In this document: one piece after another, positions 23,001-31,417 of the stretch
How positions within the stretch are numbered: the stretch's first letter is position 1
Layout: the number at the start of each line of letters is the position of its first letter
DNA from: Candidatus Peribacter riflensis
GTDB taxonomy: Bacteria; Patescibacteriota; Gracilibacteria; Peribacterales; Peribacteraceae
Assembly (NCBI GenBank): GCA_001430755.1
Contig: CP013062.1
Location: 210,001 to 242,000 of the forward strand
Direction: 5' to 3'
DNA length: 32,000 nt
Position numbers and translations under genes: made by a program
Notes under the pieces: model-generated
What the model saw: only the letters and a program-made list of their open reading frames with translations
The model's database searches: none
What the model was told of the DNA's origin: nothing

Positions 23001-26000
23001 AGGGCGTATTCCGAGATGGTGCTGATGAGGTACGACTCACCCAGGGTGCGCCAGTTGAGCGAGCCCGGCGGCGGATTCACGCAGCGGCAGTCAGCAGAGC
23101 AGCTCTGAGGCGGAGCGCAGCGGTCATCGAATCCGTCGCACTGTTCCTGTCCCTCCACACGATCATTGCCACAGTAGCTCGTCAGACACTGGCAGGTGTC
23201 TCTGTTGCAGAATTCCTGATTGGGGCAGGGGATATTCGCCTCGCACTGCTCGCCCGGATTCAGCTGGCCATCTCCGCACCGGCCGCCCTGGGCGGAGGAG
23301 GAGGAACGGCCGCACGCGAGCTTGCACTGGTCGTACGAGGTATACGGACAGGAGGGAGTGAAGGAGGGTTGGCACAATCCTGCAATGCAGCAGAACCGGG
23401 CCTGTTCAGAAATCGCTGACGAAGAGCTGCGCGGTTGCGAGGCAGCGGATGAGCTGGAGACGGGGCGGGGGCAATCCATCGGACAGTTGCAGTAGTTTTC
23501 GCCTGTCGTGCACTTGCCGTTGCCGCACTGACGGATGCAGACGAGGGAGAAGGTGATATCCGGACACTGGCCGGAGGGCTGTGGGGCAAGATTGGGCCAG
23601 GCCACCAGACCGGAGCAGCATGGGCGCCAGGAAGCTTCGTCGATGACTTCGCCTTCTCTCGCACAGGTGCCGGCAGAAGATGAACTCACGCTGCTGACGC
23701 GCGAGCTGCTCGAACGGGAGATGGAGCTGGAGGAGGGAGTCGTAGCGATGCAGCCGCCGCACTGTCCCAGGCATCCGTTGTTCCCGCAGATGCCCTGGTA
23801 CCGGAGAGTCGTGCCCGGAGGGCAGTCGAGCGGGAGCTGGAGGCACTGACCATTGGGGCATTGCGAAAGGCAGATGAAGCCTTCCTGACAACCCTGCCAG
23901 GGCTGGGCCTGGCAGACCGGAGCGATGCTCGAAACCGCGCTGCTCACGCGCGACGAACTGGATGAGGAAACGGGGGCATCGACAGGTTCGATGCGCACAG
24001 CGTCGGCACTGAGGCCGTAGGGGTTGGTGAGCACGACGGAGAGGCGGTTTCCTGAGATGGTGTAGGATCCGAGATCTTTCCACGAGACGAAGCGATACAT
24101 CGGGCCATTGGGCGGGAACGAGTGATCCACCGTTACACTTCCCACCTGCTTTGCGCTCTCCTCCGGAGCGCCGTTGCGAATGGAGTACACGGCGTTCTTA
24201 TTGACGAAGTTGCTAATTGAAAGGGCTCCGTAGGTGGCCAGCACGCGGTAGCGGCCGGGGGAAACGGAGAAGCTCCACGAGGCCATGGCATTAGAATTCG
24301 GCAGGGTTCCGTATTTCAGGGTGATGTCGTCGTCGAAGAGGGGGGTCGAGACGGGGCCGATGGACCAGTCGCCGGGCATGGGGAACTGTCGCTCCTCCCA
24401 CTCCCCTCCGGAAGCGCGGAAGCCAGGATCGCCGTTGTCGATGAGGGTCACGCCGAGTGGTGGAGGGAGAGTAGAGCTGACGTTCTTCACGATGCGGATG
24501 GCAGAGACGACGATGGGGCGGGACATCGGCTCGGAGGGCGTGGGGGGCGGGGTCGGAGCGTGCTCCACTCTGAGCGAGTTGGAGGCCGCCGCCACCTGTC
24601 CGATTTTGATCCACACCATGGTCTTCGTCAGGTCGGGCCATGCCGGGCAGAGCGGGCTGCCGAAAGGAACGAACAGCGGTTGGACCTGCCGGCTTCCGTC
24701 GTACACGCGCCAGAAGCTGGGGGGACAGGGAGTTTGGTTGGGATTGCCCTTGGTGACTTGTACGTAGATGTCGTAGGTGTTGTGCGGCAAGACCTGGAGT
24801 GACCACGAGGAGAGCGTGGTGTTCTGCGGAGTGGTCGAAGTCGAGAAGTTGGGGCTGCCGGTGTTGAGGGTGGTCGTCACGTTGGCAGTGAGCGGTGTTG
24901 CAGAGGGGGAGCAGGCACACGCGTCACACGCGCTCCCTTCGCCGCAGGAGTAGTCAGCCTCGCAGGCCTCGCTGGGTTCGAGCGTCGTATTGCCGCAGAG
25001 GGAACAGCTTTTGCAGGCGATGCAGTTGCGTCCGACAGGGCAGCCCTCATTCGAGCCTGTTTCGCAGACCTCGCGCGGGATGCCGCTCGGTTCGAGGTAA
25101 CCGTCGCCGCACTGCGAGACGGGCAGACACACGTTGCCCGGACCCACGTAGTAGCCGGGAGGACACTCGACCGGCTGGCAGGTGCATTCCACTCTGGTCG
25201 TCGGGTAATCCCCCCCCGGTCCTTCAATGAAGGTGCAGGAGGCGAGGGTGCCGTCGGGGCAGCAGCGGCACTCGCCGTAATTTGGATCACAGGATGTGTT
25301 CCCATACTGGCAGGTGCAGCAGCCCATCTGCGTATTCCACACACCCCCGCGCATGGAGCACTCCATGGTGATGTCGCTGGGGTAGATGGGATTAAAATTC
25401 CGGATCACGAAGCACGCCGAGTCGCCGATGGTGGACATTCCACCGGACGTTCCTCCCTCCTGGCCACCGGTTTTCGGCGGCATCATGCCATAGGAATCAC
25501 TGGCCATCTGTCCTCCCGATTCGCCGCCTGCATCAGGAGGGATGTAGCCGCTGTTTGGCATGCTCGCGGCTGCGGAGTACCACATGCCTGCAGAGGCGAA
25601 GACCGCGCTGGACACATTTCCTCCAAACCAGGGGGTACTGCTGGCTGAACCGAAGGTGGGCAACCAATTGAAGGCAGAGGAAGAAACGGAAGAGGCAACG
25701 GGCAGAGGCGGAGGAGAATAGGTGGCGCTCCAGGCGGCGCTGCTGGAAGGCTTCGTCCACCAGCCTGCCTGCGATGCGGAAGAGGCCTGGCTCGCCCATG
25801 AGCTGCGGGCGGAGCTGACTACAGAACCTGTGGGCACGCACTGGTTGTTGATGCATTCCGTGTTGCCCTGACAGCCGTTGTAGGGCGCGGAGTAGTCGCA
25901 GGTGGTGTTGCACCGTGCGCGGGGCTCGATCATGGGATACTGCCTGATGCGCGGGTTACTCACACAGATGTACGGAAAGCACTCCGGATTGCTGGTACAT

Positions 26001-26722
26001 CCCTTTCCATTGGTGGGAGGAGACATGCCGAGGAACGCATCAATCTGATCGTTGGGCACGCACGATCCGCTGATGCACTGTGCGGCTCCGCACCCGTTGT
26101 AGGGAAGGGAATAATTACATGCAGGAAAACCCGAATCGGCACGGGGAATGGCGGTAATGGCTTGCGCGGGGGACATCGCGCGCTCGATGCGCACGGCATC
26201 CGCGATGACGCCGTTGGTGGTGAGCGCCTGCGGGCGCGAGAGCGTGACCGAAACGGTCGGACCCCTCACCGTGTACGTGCCGAGCAGCACCCAGTTCTTT
26301 CCGTCAAACACATTGCCGGCAGGATCGACTTTCTGGTTCACCGTTGCGGTGCCGATGGTGGTCACCCCATCCTTGATCGTGTAGGGGGCCTGATTCGTGA
26401 GCAGGCTGTAGGCTTTGAACGTGACGTAGATCTTGATGGAACCGGCAGTGACATTCGAAAAGGTCCAGGTCGCCGAAAGGTTGGGGTCGGTGACGACGGC
26501 CGGAGAGACGAGATCTCCCCCATAGCCCAGCGCATGCTGAAAGCGTTGCCAGCCTTGTCCTGCAGTCCTGAAGCCCGCATCTCCGTCATCTATTGTCACG
26601 GAACTTCCGGCGGCGAGCTGTCCCTGCAGGGAATCTTCCTGCAAATTCCACAGCGTGCCGGTAAAAGCCGCGCCGACACTGAGGGCGAGGATGGAGAGGA
26701 CGGCCAGTCGTTTGGTAACCAT
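20012..26722 (-). CDS. Giant secreted cysteine-rich modular surface protein (about 2236 aa)
   Basis: Start placed at ATG 26722 (MVTKRLAVLSILALSVGAAFTG, signal-like). At least two golvesin-C-like domains (TIDDGDAGF...ADAVRIE and LIDNGDPGF...ADAVRIEP). Serine-rich linkers. Many CGNG.C..GE..C.CP.DC mini-modules and CGNG..E..E.CDD...GDGC repeats. Two Asp-box (S.DG..W) beta-propeller regions. The C-terminal module is shared with the neighbouring gene. Confidence 0.85.
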   Translation of the reverse strand: MVTKRLAVLSILALSVGAAFTGTLWNLQEDSLQGQLAAGSSVTIDDGDAGFRTAGQGWQRFQHALGYGGDLVSPAVVTDPNLSATWTFSNVTAGSIKIYVTFKAYSLLTNQAPYTIKDGVTTIGTATVNQKVDPAGNVFDGKNWVLLGTYTVRGPTVSVTLSRPQALTTNGVIADAVRIERAMSPAQAITAIPRADSGFPACNYSLPYNGCGAAQCISGSCVPNDQIDAFLGMSPPTNGKGCTSNPECFPYICVSNPRIRQYPMIEPRARCNTTCDYSAPYNGCQGNTECINNQCVPTGSVVSSARSSWASQASSASQAGWWTKPSSSAAWSATYSPPPLPVASSVSSSAFNWLPTFGSASSTPWFGGNVSSAVFASAGMWYSAAASMPNSGYIPPDAGGESGGQMASDSYGMMPPKTGGQEGGTSGGMSTIGDSACFVIRNFNPIYPSDITMECSMRGGVWNTQMGCCTCQYGNTSCDPNYGECRCCPDGTLASCTFIEGPGGDYPTTRVECTCQPVECPPGYYVGPGNVCLPVSQCGDGYLEPSGIPREVCETGSNEGCPVGRNCIACKSCSLCGNTTLEPSEACEADYSCGEGSACDACACSPSATPLTANVTTTLNTGSPNFSTSTTPQNTTLSSWSLQVLPHNTYDIYVQVTKGNPNQTPCPPSFWRVYDGSRQVQPLFVPFGSPLCPAWPDLTKTMVWIKIGQVAAASNSLRVEHAPTPPPTPSEPMSRPIVVSAIRIVKNVSSTLPPPLGVTLIDNGDPGFRASGGEWEERQFPMPGDWSIGPVSTPLFDDDITLKYGTLPNSNAMASWSFSVSPGRYRVLATYGALSISNFVNKNAVYSIRNGAPEESAKQVGSVTVDHSFPPNGPMYRFVSWKDLGSYTISGNRLSVVLTNPYGLSADAVRIEPVDAPVSSSSSSRVSSAVSSIAPVCQAQPWQGCQEGFICLSQCPNGQCLQLPLDCPPGTTLRYQGICGNNGCLGQCGGCIATTPSSSSISRSSSSRVSSVSSSSAGTCAREGEVIDEASWRPCCSGLVAWPNLAPQPSGQCPDITFSLVCIRQCGNGKCTTGENYCNCPMDCPRPVSSSSAASQPRSSSSAISEQARFCCIAGLCQPSFTPSCPYTSYDQCKLACGRSSSSAQGGRCGDGQLNPGEQCEANIPCPNQEFCNRDTCQCLTSYCGNDRVEGQEQCDGFDDRCAPPQSCSADCRCVNPPPGSLNWRTLGESYLISTISEYALFSNGNYLYIVGGKDFWGQSDDEFRSDNGLSWRRVASLPQPLSNAASLKLGEVGALLLGGLADESSVAHWAFETPNLLTVGFRSNPDLALPVPRYDAAALRVGNRTYLLGGSDKASPFSGSLFGSLISSLIGQTAVARPSREIYVHDGGSWARIQPDLPFHVTKDDAFTIGDSLFILDRSSTRKVYMSNNGSSWTQVSTLPSQTANARLLRPVTHNGSIWLIGKTGSFAGSAAVTRNGTDWQIVSGALPSGLNDFVPDQAVSHQGELWMLGTVSDYYIGGNGRNGKVLATGAAGGPTCGNGGIEGNEQCDDQNTRAGDGCSASCQIESGWTCSGQPSICERSPAAFMPWTRVSDMRVGTSPLASVAYNGNTFVAVGTSGKGAYSTDGINWTAISDMKVGSTSLLSVTYGNGKFVAVGNSGRGAYSVNGINWTAIGDTRSYGEHLFDVTYGNGKFVAVGPNGKGSYSTDGATWTAISDLQVGTTFLNAITYGNGRFVAVGEENKGTYSTDGIRWTGIADMKVDSSILHGITYGNGRFVAVGMSGAGAYSADGQTWVRNVVGSLQQGFSENYLSVTYGAGKFVGVGDGGKGAYAWFPGTGPSSSSSSSAGYWQNCPSGYQCLAQKVNNQCEHIPLDCFNGQLECTDACGDLSSCMGSCCRCVPRSSSSSSSAGCANNGETVYSSSVFGPTSCCSRNAGIRPSSTLVGDMCVAPDNGSLGTCIDNWWQTCGNGTCGTGEDKCTCEQDCPDCTPAGKTAPVIPGAACCPDLTGVNPGSVPQPDGSCPTELPVGGLLCTDCGNGTCEEWENHCNCPQDCSPPGPTCGNGWLDPQEDSQCEPSLNYDKCPLKGLVCDQQNCRCVAGGSSSAQACIQEGKTGPVVQFPPPCCAGLQQISSDRVGPNGSCLLTGGSFTCARCGNGQCGPGENLCNCPQDCQTICPALSPPYCPNGVLVPQLGPGPNGCPQPPVCCNGANNPQAQCSINLKCGNGSCFIESCTCQ
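21221..21958 (-). repeat. Six tandem 123-bp (41-aa) Asp-box/BNR-like propeller-blade repeats inside the giant CDS
   Basis: Peptide repeat W(T)xIxDxxVGxxxLxxVTYGNGKFVAVGxxGxGAYSTDGxx. The DNA repeats strings such as ccaccgccacaaacctgccattgccgtaggtgat. Confidence 0.8.
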
Positions 26723-26800
26723 GGAGAAAGAGGGAGAAGTATTTGCTGAATCGTACCATTGCAGGAATACAGCGCATCCGTGATGGCTTGACGGGAACGA

Positions 26801-26868
26801 TGAAAACAGACAAAGAAACAAGGAGTGCAGGCGAGGGAACCGACGCAGGTTTCCTCGAGTGCACTCCT
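26801..26868 (-). terminator. Rho-independent terminator of rny, minus strand
   Basis: Long hairpin at 26821-26868 (AGGAGTGCA-CT-CGAGGAAACC-TGCGTC-GGTTCCCTCG-CC-TGCACTCCT as read on the minus strand), followed by the T-rich tract tgtttctttgtctgtttt. Confidence 0.65.
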
Positions 26869-26883
26869 GTCTTTTCCATCTCT

Positions 26884-28440
26884 CTACTTCGCCGTCTCTT
26901 CCACTCTCCGCTCCCGGATCACGTTGACCTTGATCACTCCCGGATACGTGAGGTCCTTTTCGATCTTCTCGGCGATGTCTTTGGCCAGTTTGGCCTGCTG
27001 CAGGTCATCCACTTTCTCGGTATCCACGTACACGCGCACCTCGCGGCCGGCCGAAATCGCGAAGGCGCGCTTGACGCCTTCGAAGCTCTTGGCGGTCTCT
27101 TCCAACTCCTTCAGACGGCGCACGTAGGCCTCGAACGACTCGCGCCGCGCACCCGGCCGGGCGCCGGAAATGGCGTCTGCGGCGGCGACGATGAAGGCCT
27201 CGGGCGACTCGATCGGCACATCGTTGTGATGGGAGGCGATGCAGTGCAGCACCTCGGGGCGCACTTTGAATTTTCGTGCGATCTCGAGACCGATCTCCAC
27301 GTGCGTGCCTGACACTTCGTGATCGAGGGCCTTACCCACGTCGTGGAGCAGACAACCCTCGGCCACTATCTTGGCATCGGCGCCGATCTCTTCGGCGAGC
27401 ATGCGGCCGATGTTCGCCATTTCCAGAGAGTGCTTGAGCACGTTCTGGCCGTAGCTGGTGCGAAACCGAAGCCGCCCGATAATCTTGAGCAGATCCTGGG
27501 GGTAATTGGTGATGCTCAGTTCCTCCGCGGCACGCTTGCCAAACTCCAGCATCATCTTGCCGACCTCCTCCTTCATTTTTGTCACGACCTCTTCGATGCG
27601 TGCCGGCTGAATGCGGCCGTCTTTGATGAGTTTTTCCATCGCCAGTTTCGCCACGTAGCGGCGGGCCAGATCGTAGCCCGAGATGACGATGGCGCCGGGG
27701 GTATCATCAATGATGATGTCCACGCCGGTTGCCGCCTCGAACGCGGTGATGTTGCGTCCCTCTTTACCGATGATCTTGCCCTTCACGTCGTCGGAAGGCA
27801 GTTGCACGACGGTCGCGGTGGATTCCGTGGCGACCTCAGAGGCGTAGCGTTGCATGGCTTCGGCGAGCAGATTTTTCGCCTCCTCCTCGGCCTCCTCCTT
27901 GAACTGCTCTTTCACGAGCTTGGCCTGGCCGGCGTAGAAATCTGAAAATTCACGGACGAGTTCCTCTTTCAGTTGTTCTTTTGCCTGTTCCTGCGTGAGT
28001 TTCGACACACTCTCCAGCGCCTCGCGATGCTTGGCGCTCGCCGCCGTCAGTTCCGTCTTCAACGTGGCGACTTCCGATTCCTGCTTCTGCACGTTGGCGC
28101 GCTGGCGCTCCACTTCGTGCACCTTCTCGTCGAGGGATTTTTCTTTCTCCTCCAGGCGGCCTTGTTCCTTTTCAATCTTCGCCTCCATCTCGGTGGCCTG
28201 CGCTTTGGCCTCGGAGAGAATTTCTTTCGCCGTGACACGCGCTTCGGCTTCCGCCGTTTTGATCTGGCTCTGCGACTGCTGAACGCGCAGGGTCAGCCGA
28301 TCGAGCTCTTGCTCTTTCTTGGCGATTTCGTTCTGGAGCGAGACACTGACGTGCTTTCCTTTCGAGAACCAGAACCAGCCGGCGAGAACGCCGAGCAAGC
28401 ACCCTGCGAGGAGTGCGAGGAATACGATGGTGTAGTCCAT
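26884..28440 (-). CDS. rny: Ribonuclease Y
   Basis: N-terminal TM helix (IVFLALLAGCLLGVLAGWFWF), a long coiled-coil, a KH domain (GKIIGKEGRNITAFEAATGVDIIIDD) and an HD domain (HSLEMANIGRMLAEE...LLHDVGKA). Confidence 0.95.
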   Translation of the reverse strand: MDYTIVFLALLAGCLLGVLAGWFWFSKGKHVSVSLQNEIAKKEQELDRLTLRVQQSQSQIKTAEAEARVTAKEILSEAKAQATEMEAKIEKEQGRLEEKEKSLDEKVHEVERQRANVQKQESEVATLKTELTAASAKHREALESVSKLTQEQAKEQLKEELVREFSDFYAGQAKLVKEQFKEEAEEEAKNLLAEAMQRYASEVATESTATVVQLPSDDVKGKIIGKEGRNITAFEAATGVDIIIDDTPGAIVISGYDLARRYVAKLAMEKLIKDGRIQPARIEEVVTKMKEEVGKMMLEFGKRAAEELSITNYPQDLLKIIGRLRFRTSYGQNVLKHSLEMANIGRMLAEEIGADAKIVAEGCLLHDVGKALDHEVSGTHVEIGLEIARKFKVRPEVLHCIASHHNDVPIESPEAFIVAAADAISGARPGARRESFEAYVRRLKELEETAKSFEGVKRAFAISAGREVRVYVDTEKVDDLQQAKLAKDIAEKIEKDLTYPGVIKVNVIRERRVEETAK

Positions 28441-28971
28441 GGGGACATGGGGCAGGGAAATAAGCCCTGCTCCGACTCAAAAGCTTCTTACCTGTCTATC
28501 CTCCCTGGCAGGAGGCGGACCGATGTGTGGCGAGAGAGGAAAGTCACAGGAGGAAGATTCTAAAGAAGGGGAGCAGAGGGGAAAAACGTGGATCGTAGAG
28601 AGCAGAGAAAACGCTCAGAATGAGCACGCTGACATTCTAGCGAATTTTTGCGTCTTTGCGAAGAGAGAAAGTCAGCGCTTTCTGAAGCCACCGTGTTTTC
28701 CCCAAGCCAAAAGGTTGCATTGACGTTTTGGCGGTGCGGGGTGCTGCTAGACTCCTCTCCACGTGGAACATCCGCAGCGTCAGATGGTGGAACTTCTGTA
28801 CGAACGACTCGGTCGTTCGATGCGGTGGTTTCCTTCGAGCGCATCGGGCACTGGCTAGGGCCGGTACGGATGCTCCGCTCCCTGCGCGCGCAAGAAGTGA
28901 AAGAGGGCAGGGGAGTTCCAAAGGAGGATGGAACCTGTTTTTGAGCCTGTGGAAGCCAAAAAACACCTGCC

Positions 28972-31356
28972 GTGTTTCCGGCATTTGATTATGACTCCTG
29001 CCAAGACACCGGATCGGGGGTGCAATGGAACGCTTTGGCATTCCGATTGTTCCTCCATCGGCTTTCGCTGTACCTGCTCCCCGCAGGTGTGCTGCTCTGC
29101 CTTGTTCTGCCGGGGCTGCACGGGCGCGTTCTTGCCGGCGAGGGCGGTGTCGTGATCAGCGAAGTGCTGTGGATGGGATCGGATCTCTCCACCTCGGATG
29201 AGTGGGTGGAACTCGCCTGTTTCCCCGCATCGGATTGTGATCTCTCGGGATGGTCGCTCACGAGCCTGAAGAGTTCCGGCGAAGAGGCAATCATCATTGC
29301 GTTCGCAACGGGCACGGTTCTGTCGGCTTCGGAGGCGCGTGTGATCAGCAACTTTCCCGCGACATCGTCACGACTCGCCTCCGATCCTTGGATGACCACA
29401 ACGGCGATGGCCCTGCCGAATACGAAACTTCTCTTACGACTCCGCGATGCGGCAGGCGTCATCCGCGACGAAGTGGATGACGGAGTCGGCAATCCCTTCG
29501 CGGGAGCGAACCCTTCGGGCGGTCCCAAGGCCAGTATGGAGCGCATCGATCTCTCCGCTTCCGGAAACATTCCCGAAAACTGGCGCACAGCGGTGGCGTC
29601 TCTCGGCTTCAAAGATGGTTCACCCATTTTCGGCACGCCGGGCGAAATAGCTTTGGACCGCGGCCGCGAAGGGCCGCTCTCCTCTGCATCTTCTGCTTCC
29701 TCTCAGGCCTCTCTCACTTCTTCAACCTCTTCCACTTTTTTTGCTTCTTCATCCTCCGGCTCCTTCATGAGCAGCGAGTCATCTTCTTCCCTCGACTACG
29801 CTCGGGATGACACTGCGGTGTCATCAGCATCCTCTGCTTCTTCTGCTTCCTCCTCCTCCTTTGTCCTCATCACCGAAGTCCTCGCGAATCCCATCGGAGC
29901 GGATACCGACGAGTGGATCGAGATCGCGAATCTGGGAGCGGGTTCTGTGAATATTGCGGGATGGGTGCTCGACGATGGCAATTCCTCTGCGGAGTACATC
30001 ATCCCACCGCGATCCGGTGCTGATTTTTTCCTGCTCCCGGGCGAGCATGTTTCTTTTCGAAAATCCCAGACAGCCCTTCCGCTCGATAACAGCGGCGAGC
30101 GCGTGAGCCTCATGAGCGGCTCTATGCTCATCGATGCGTTTGCGTATCCTCTGACGGCGGAAGAAGTGAGCTTCGGACGCGATCCCAATCCTCCCTTTGC
30201 GCTTCATGCATTCTGCGTCCCAAGCGAAGGAAGAAAGAATGTCAGCGAGCCGCTCGCTCCGCGCATCATCATCCAGGATGCCGGTGCAGCCACAGTCGGC
30301 AGCGCGTTCGTCGTCGGCGAAGGGCATGTCACGCTCAACCTGCAGGCCGCACTGGGAGCGGGTTCCCTCGCTTCCGCAGCATGCGTGTGGGATTTCGGCG
30401 ATGACGCGGTGAGCAGCGCGTGTAACCCGTCATCGCACACGTTTTCCGATCCCGGCGACTATGCCGTGCGCCTCACGGTGCGCGATTTCTGCGGCGGGAT
30501 CTCGGTGAGTACGCTTGATGTGACTGTGCTGCCAGAAGAGGAATCCGTCGTGCACTCTTCTGTTTCTTCTGCATCCTCGATTTCATCGGTTTCCTCTCTT
30601 TCCTTTAGTTCCTCTATTTCCTCTATTTCTTCGCTTCCCTTTATCCGTGTAGAAACCGGAGTCATCTTGAGTGAAGTGCAGATGATGGGTGATGAATGGA
30701 TCGAACTCTGGAATCCGACCGACCACGAAATTTCTCTCGGAGGCTGGATGCTCGATGACCTCCGTGAAGGCGGGCTTGCCCACCGTAGCTCGAAGAGCGG
30801 AGGCGGGAGTAAGCCATGGAAGCTTCCTGTGGATTCCAGAATCCGAGCAGGGGAGTATCTGATTTTTTCCAGAAATGAAACCAAACTCCAGCTCAATGAT
30901 TCGGGCGATGACGTGTGGCTCATCGCTCCCGATGGTTCCTGGTCGGATCACGTCACGATTCCGAAGCTGAAGTCGGGCATATCGTTCAGTTTCTGCGATG
31001 GGGAATGGAGAAGTTCCGACCCCACTCCGGAGTTACCGAATGCTTGTCAGACAACGGTGTCGTCACCTGCCCCATCTATTGCAGTCACAAAGAAATCCAT
31101 CGTCGCGACCACGCCCGCATTTTCGCGAACGCGCTACGTCGTGGCTTCTCAATCCTCTATTTCTTCTATTTCCTTTTCATCCTTTCAATCCGGTTCGTTC
31201 CTCATGTCCTACGCGCTGTCTGAACTCCCAGCCACCCTTACCGCCGCAGGCCCTGTTGCAGAACAGTCCTCCGTCCCCGAAGTGGGCGCGCTGGGGGCGC
31301 TTTCGGGGCTTGGGATTGCCCTGATGTGGTTTGGTCGCAAATGGTGGGGGCTTTGA
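28972..31356 (+). CDS. Surface protein with three lamin-tail-domain (LTD)-like modules, one PKD-like domain, Ser-rich linkers and a C-terminal hydrophobic anchor
   Basis: LTD-like starts VVISEVLWMGSDLSTSDEWVEL, VLITEVLANPIGADTDEWIEIANLG...GWVLDD and VILSEVQMMGDEWIELWNPTD...GWMLDD. PKD-like CVWDFGDD...HTFSDPGDYAVRLTV. C-terminal PEVGALGALSGLGIALMWFGRKWW. The ORF-track start 28972 is a GTG; in-frame GTG 29020 or TTG 29047 would give a cleaner signal peptide, so the start is uncertain. Confidence 0.75.
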   Translation: MFPAFDYDSCQDTGSGVQWNALAFRLFLHRLSLYLLPAGVLLCLVLPGLHGRVLAGEGGVVISEVLWMGSDLSTSDEWVELACFPASDCDLSGWSLTSLKSSGEEAIIIAFATGTVLSASEARVISNFPATSSRLASDPWMTTTAMALPNTKLLLRLRDAAGVIRDEVDDGVGNPFAGANPSGGPKASMERIDLSASGNIPENWRTAVASLGFKDGSPIFGTPGEIALDRGREGPLSSASSASSQASLTSSTSSTFFASSSSGSFMSSESSSSLDYARDDTAVSSASSASSASSSSFVLITEVLANPIGADTDEWIEIANLGAGSVNIAGWVLDDGNSSAEYIIPPRSGADFFLLPGEHVSFRKSQTALPLDNSGERVSLMSGSMLIDAFAYPLTAEEVSFGRDPNPPFALHAFCVPSEGRKNVSEPLAPRIIIQDAGAATVGSAFVVGEGHVTLNLQAALGAGSLASAACVWDFGDDAVSSACNPSSHTFSDPGDYAVRLTVRDFCGGISVSTLDVTVLPEEESVVHSSVSSASSISSVSSLSFSSSISSISSLPFIRVETGVILSEVQMMGDEWIELWNPTDHEISLGGWMLDDLREGGLAHRSSKSGGGSKPWKLPVDSRIRAGEYLIFSRNETKLQLNDSGDDVWLIAPDGSWSDHVTIPKLKSGISFSFCDGEWRSSDPTPELPNACQTTVSSPAPSIAVTKKSIVATTPAFSRTRYVVASQSSISSISFSSFQSGSFLMSYALSELPATLTAAGPVAEQSSVPEVGALGALSGLGIALMWFGRKWWGL

Positions 31357-31363
31357 GGATCTC

Positions 31364-31392
31364 TTGAAATTGCGTACACATTTGTGTACACT
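31364..31392 (+). promoter_or_regulatory. Putative TA-operon promoter (TTGAAA-17 nt-TACACT) with embedded inverted-repeat operator GTACACA-tt-TGTGTAC
   Basis: TTGAAA at 31364-31369, TACACT at 31387-31392, and a 7-2-7 palindrome at 31374-31389 between and overlapping the hexamers. It lies 26 nt upstream of the antitoxin ATG. Confidence 0.45.
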
Positions 31393-31417
31393 ATGGATCG
31401 TTCTTCCCCTTCATACC

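Noticed and set aside
28928-29155. 75-aa ORF starting at ATG 28928, preceded by AGGAGG.
   Set aside because: The AGGAGG directly abuts the ATG with no spacer. The peptide is Cys/Arg-rich with no motif, and it overlaps out of frame the signal-peptide region of the well-supported LTD-protein ORF.
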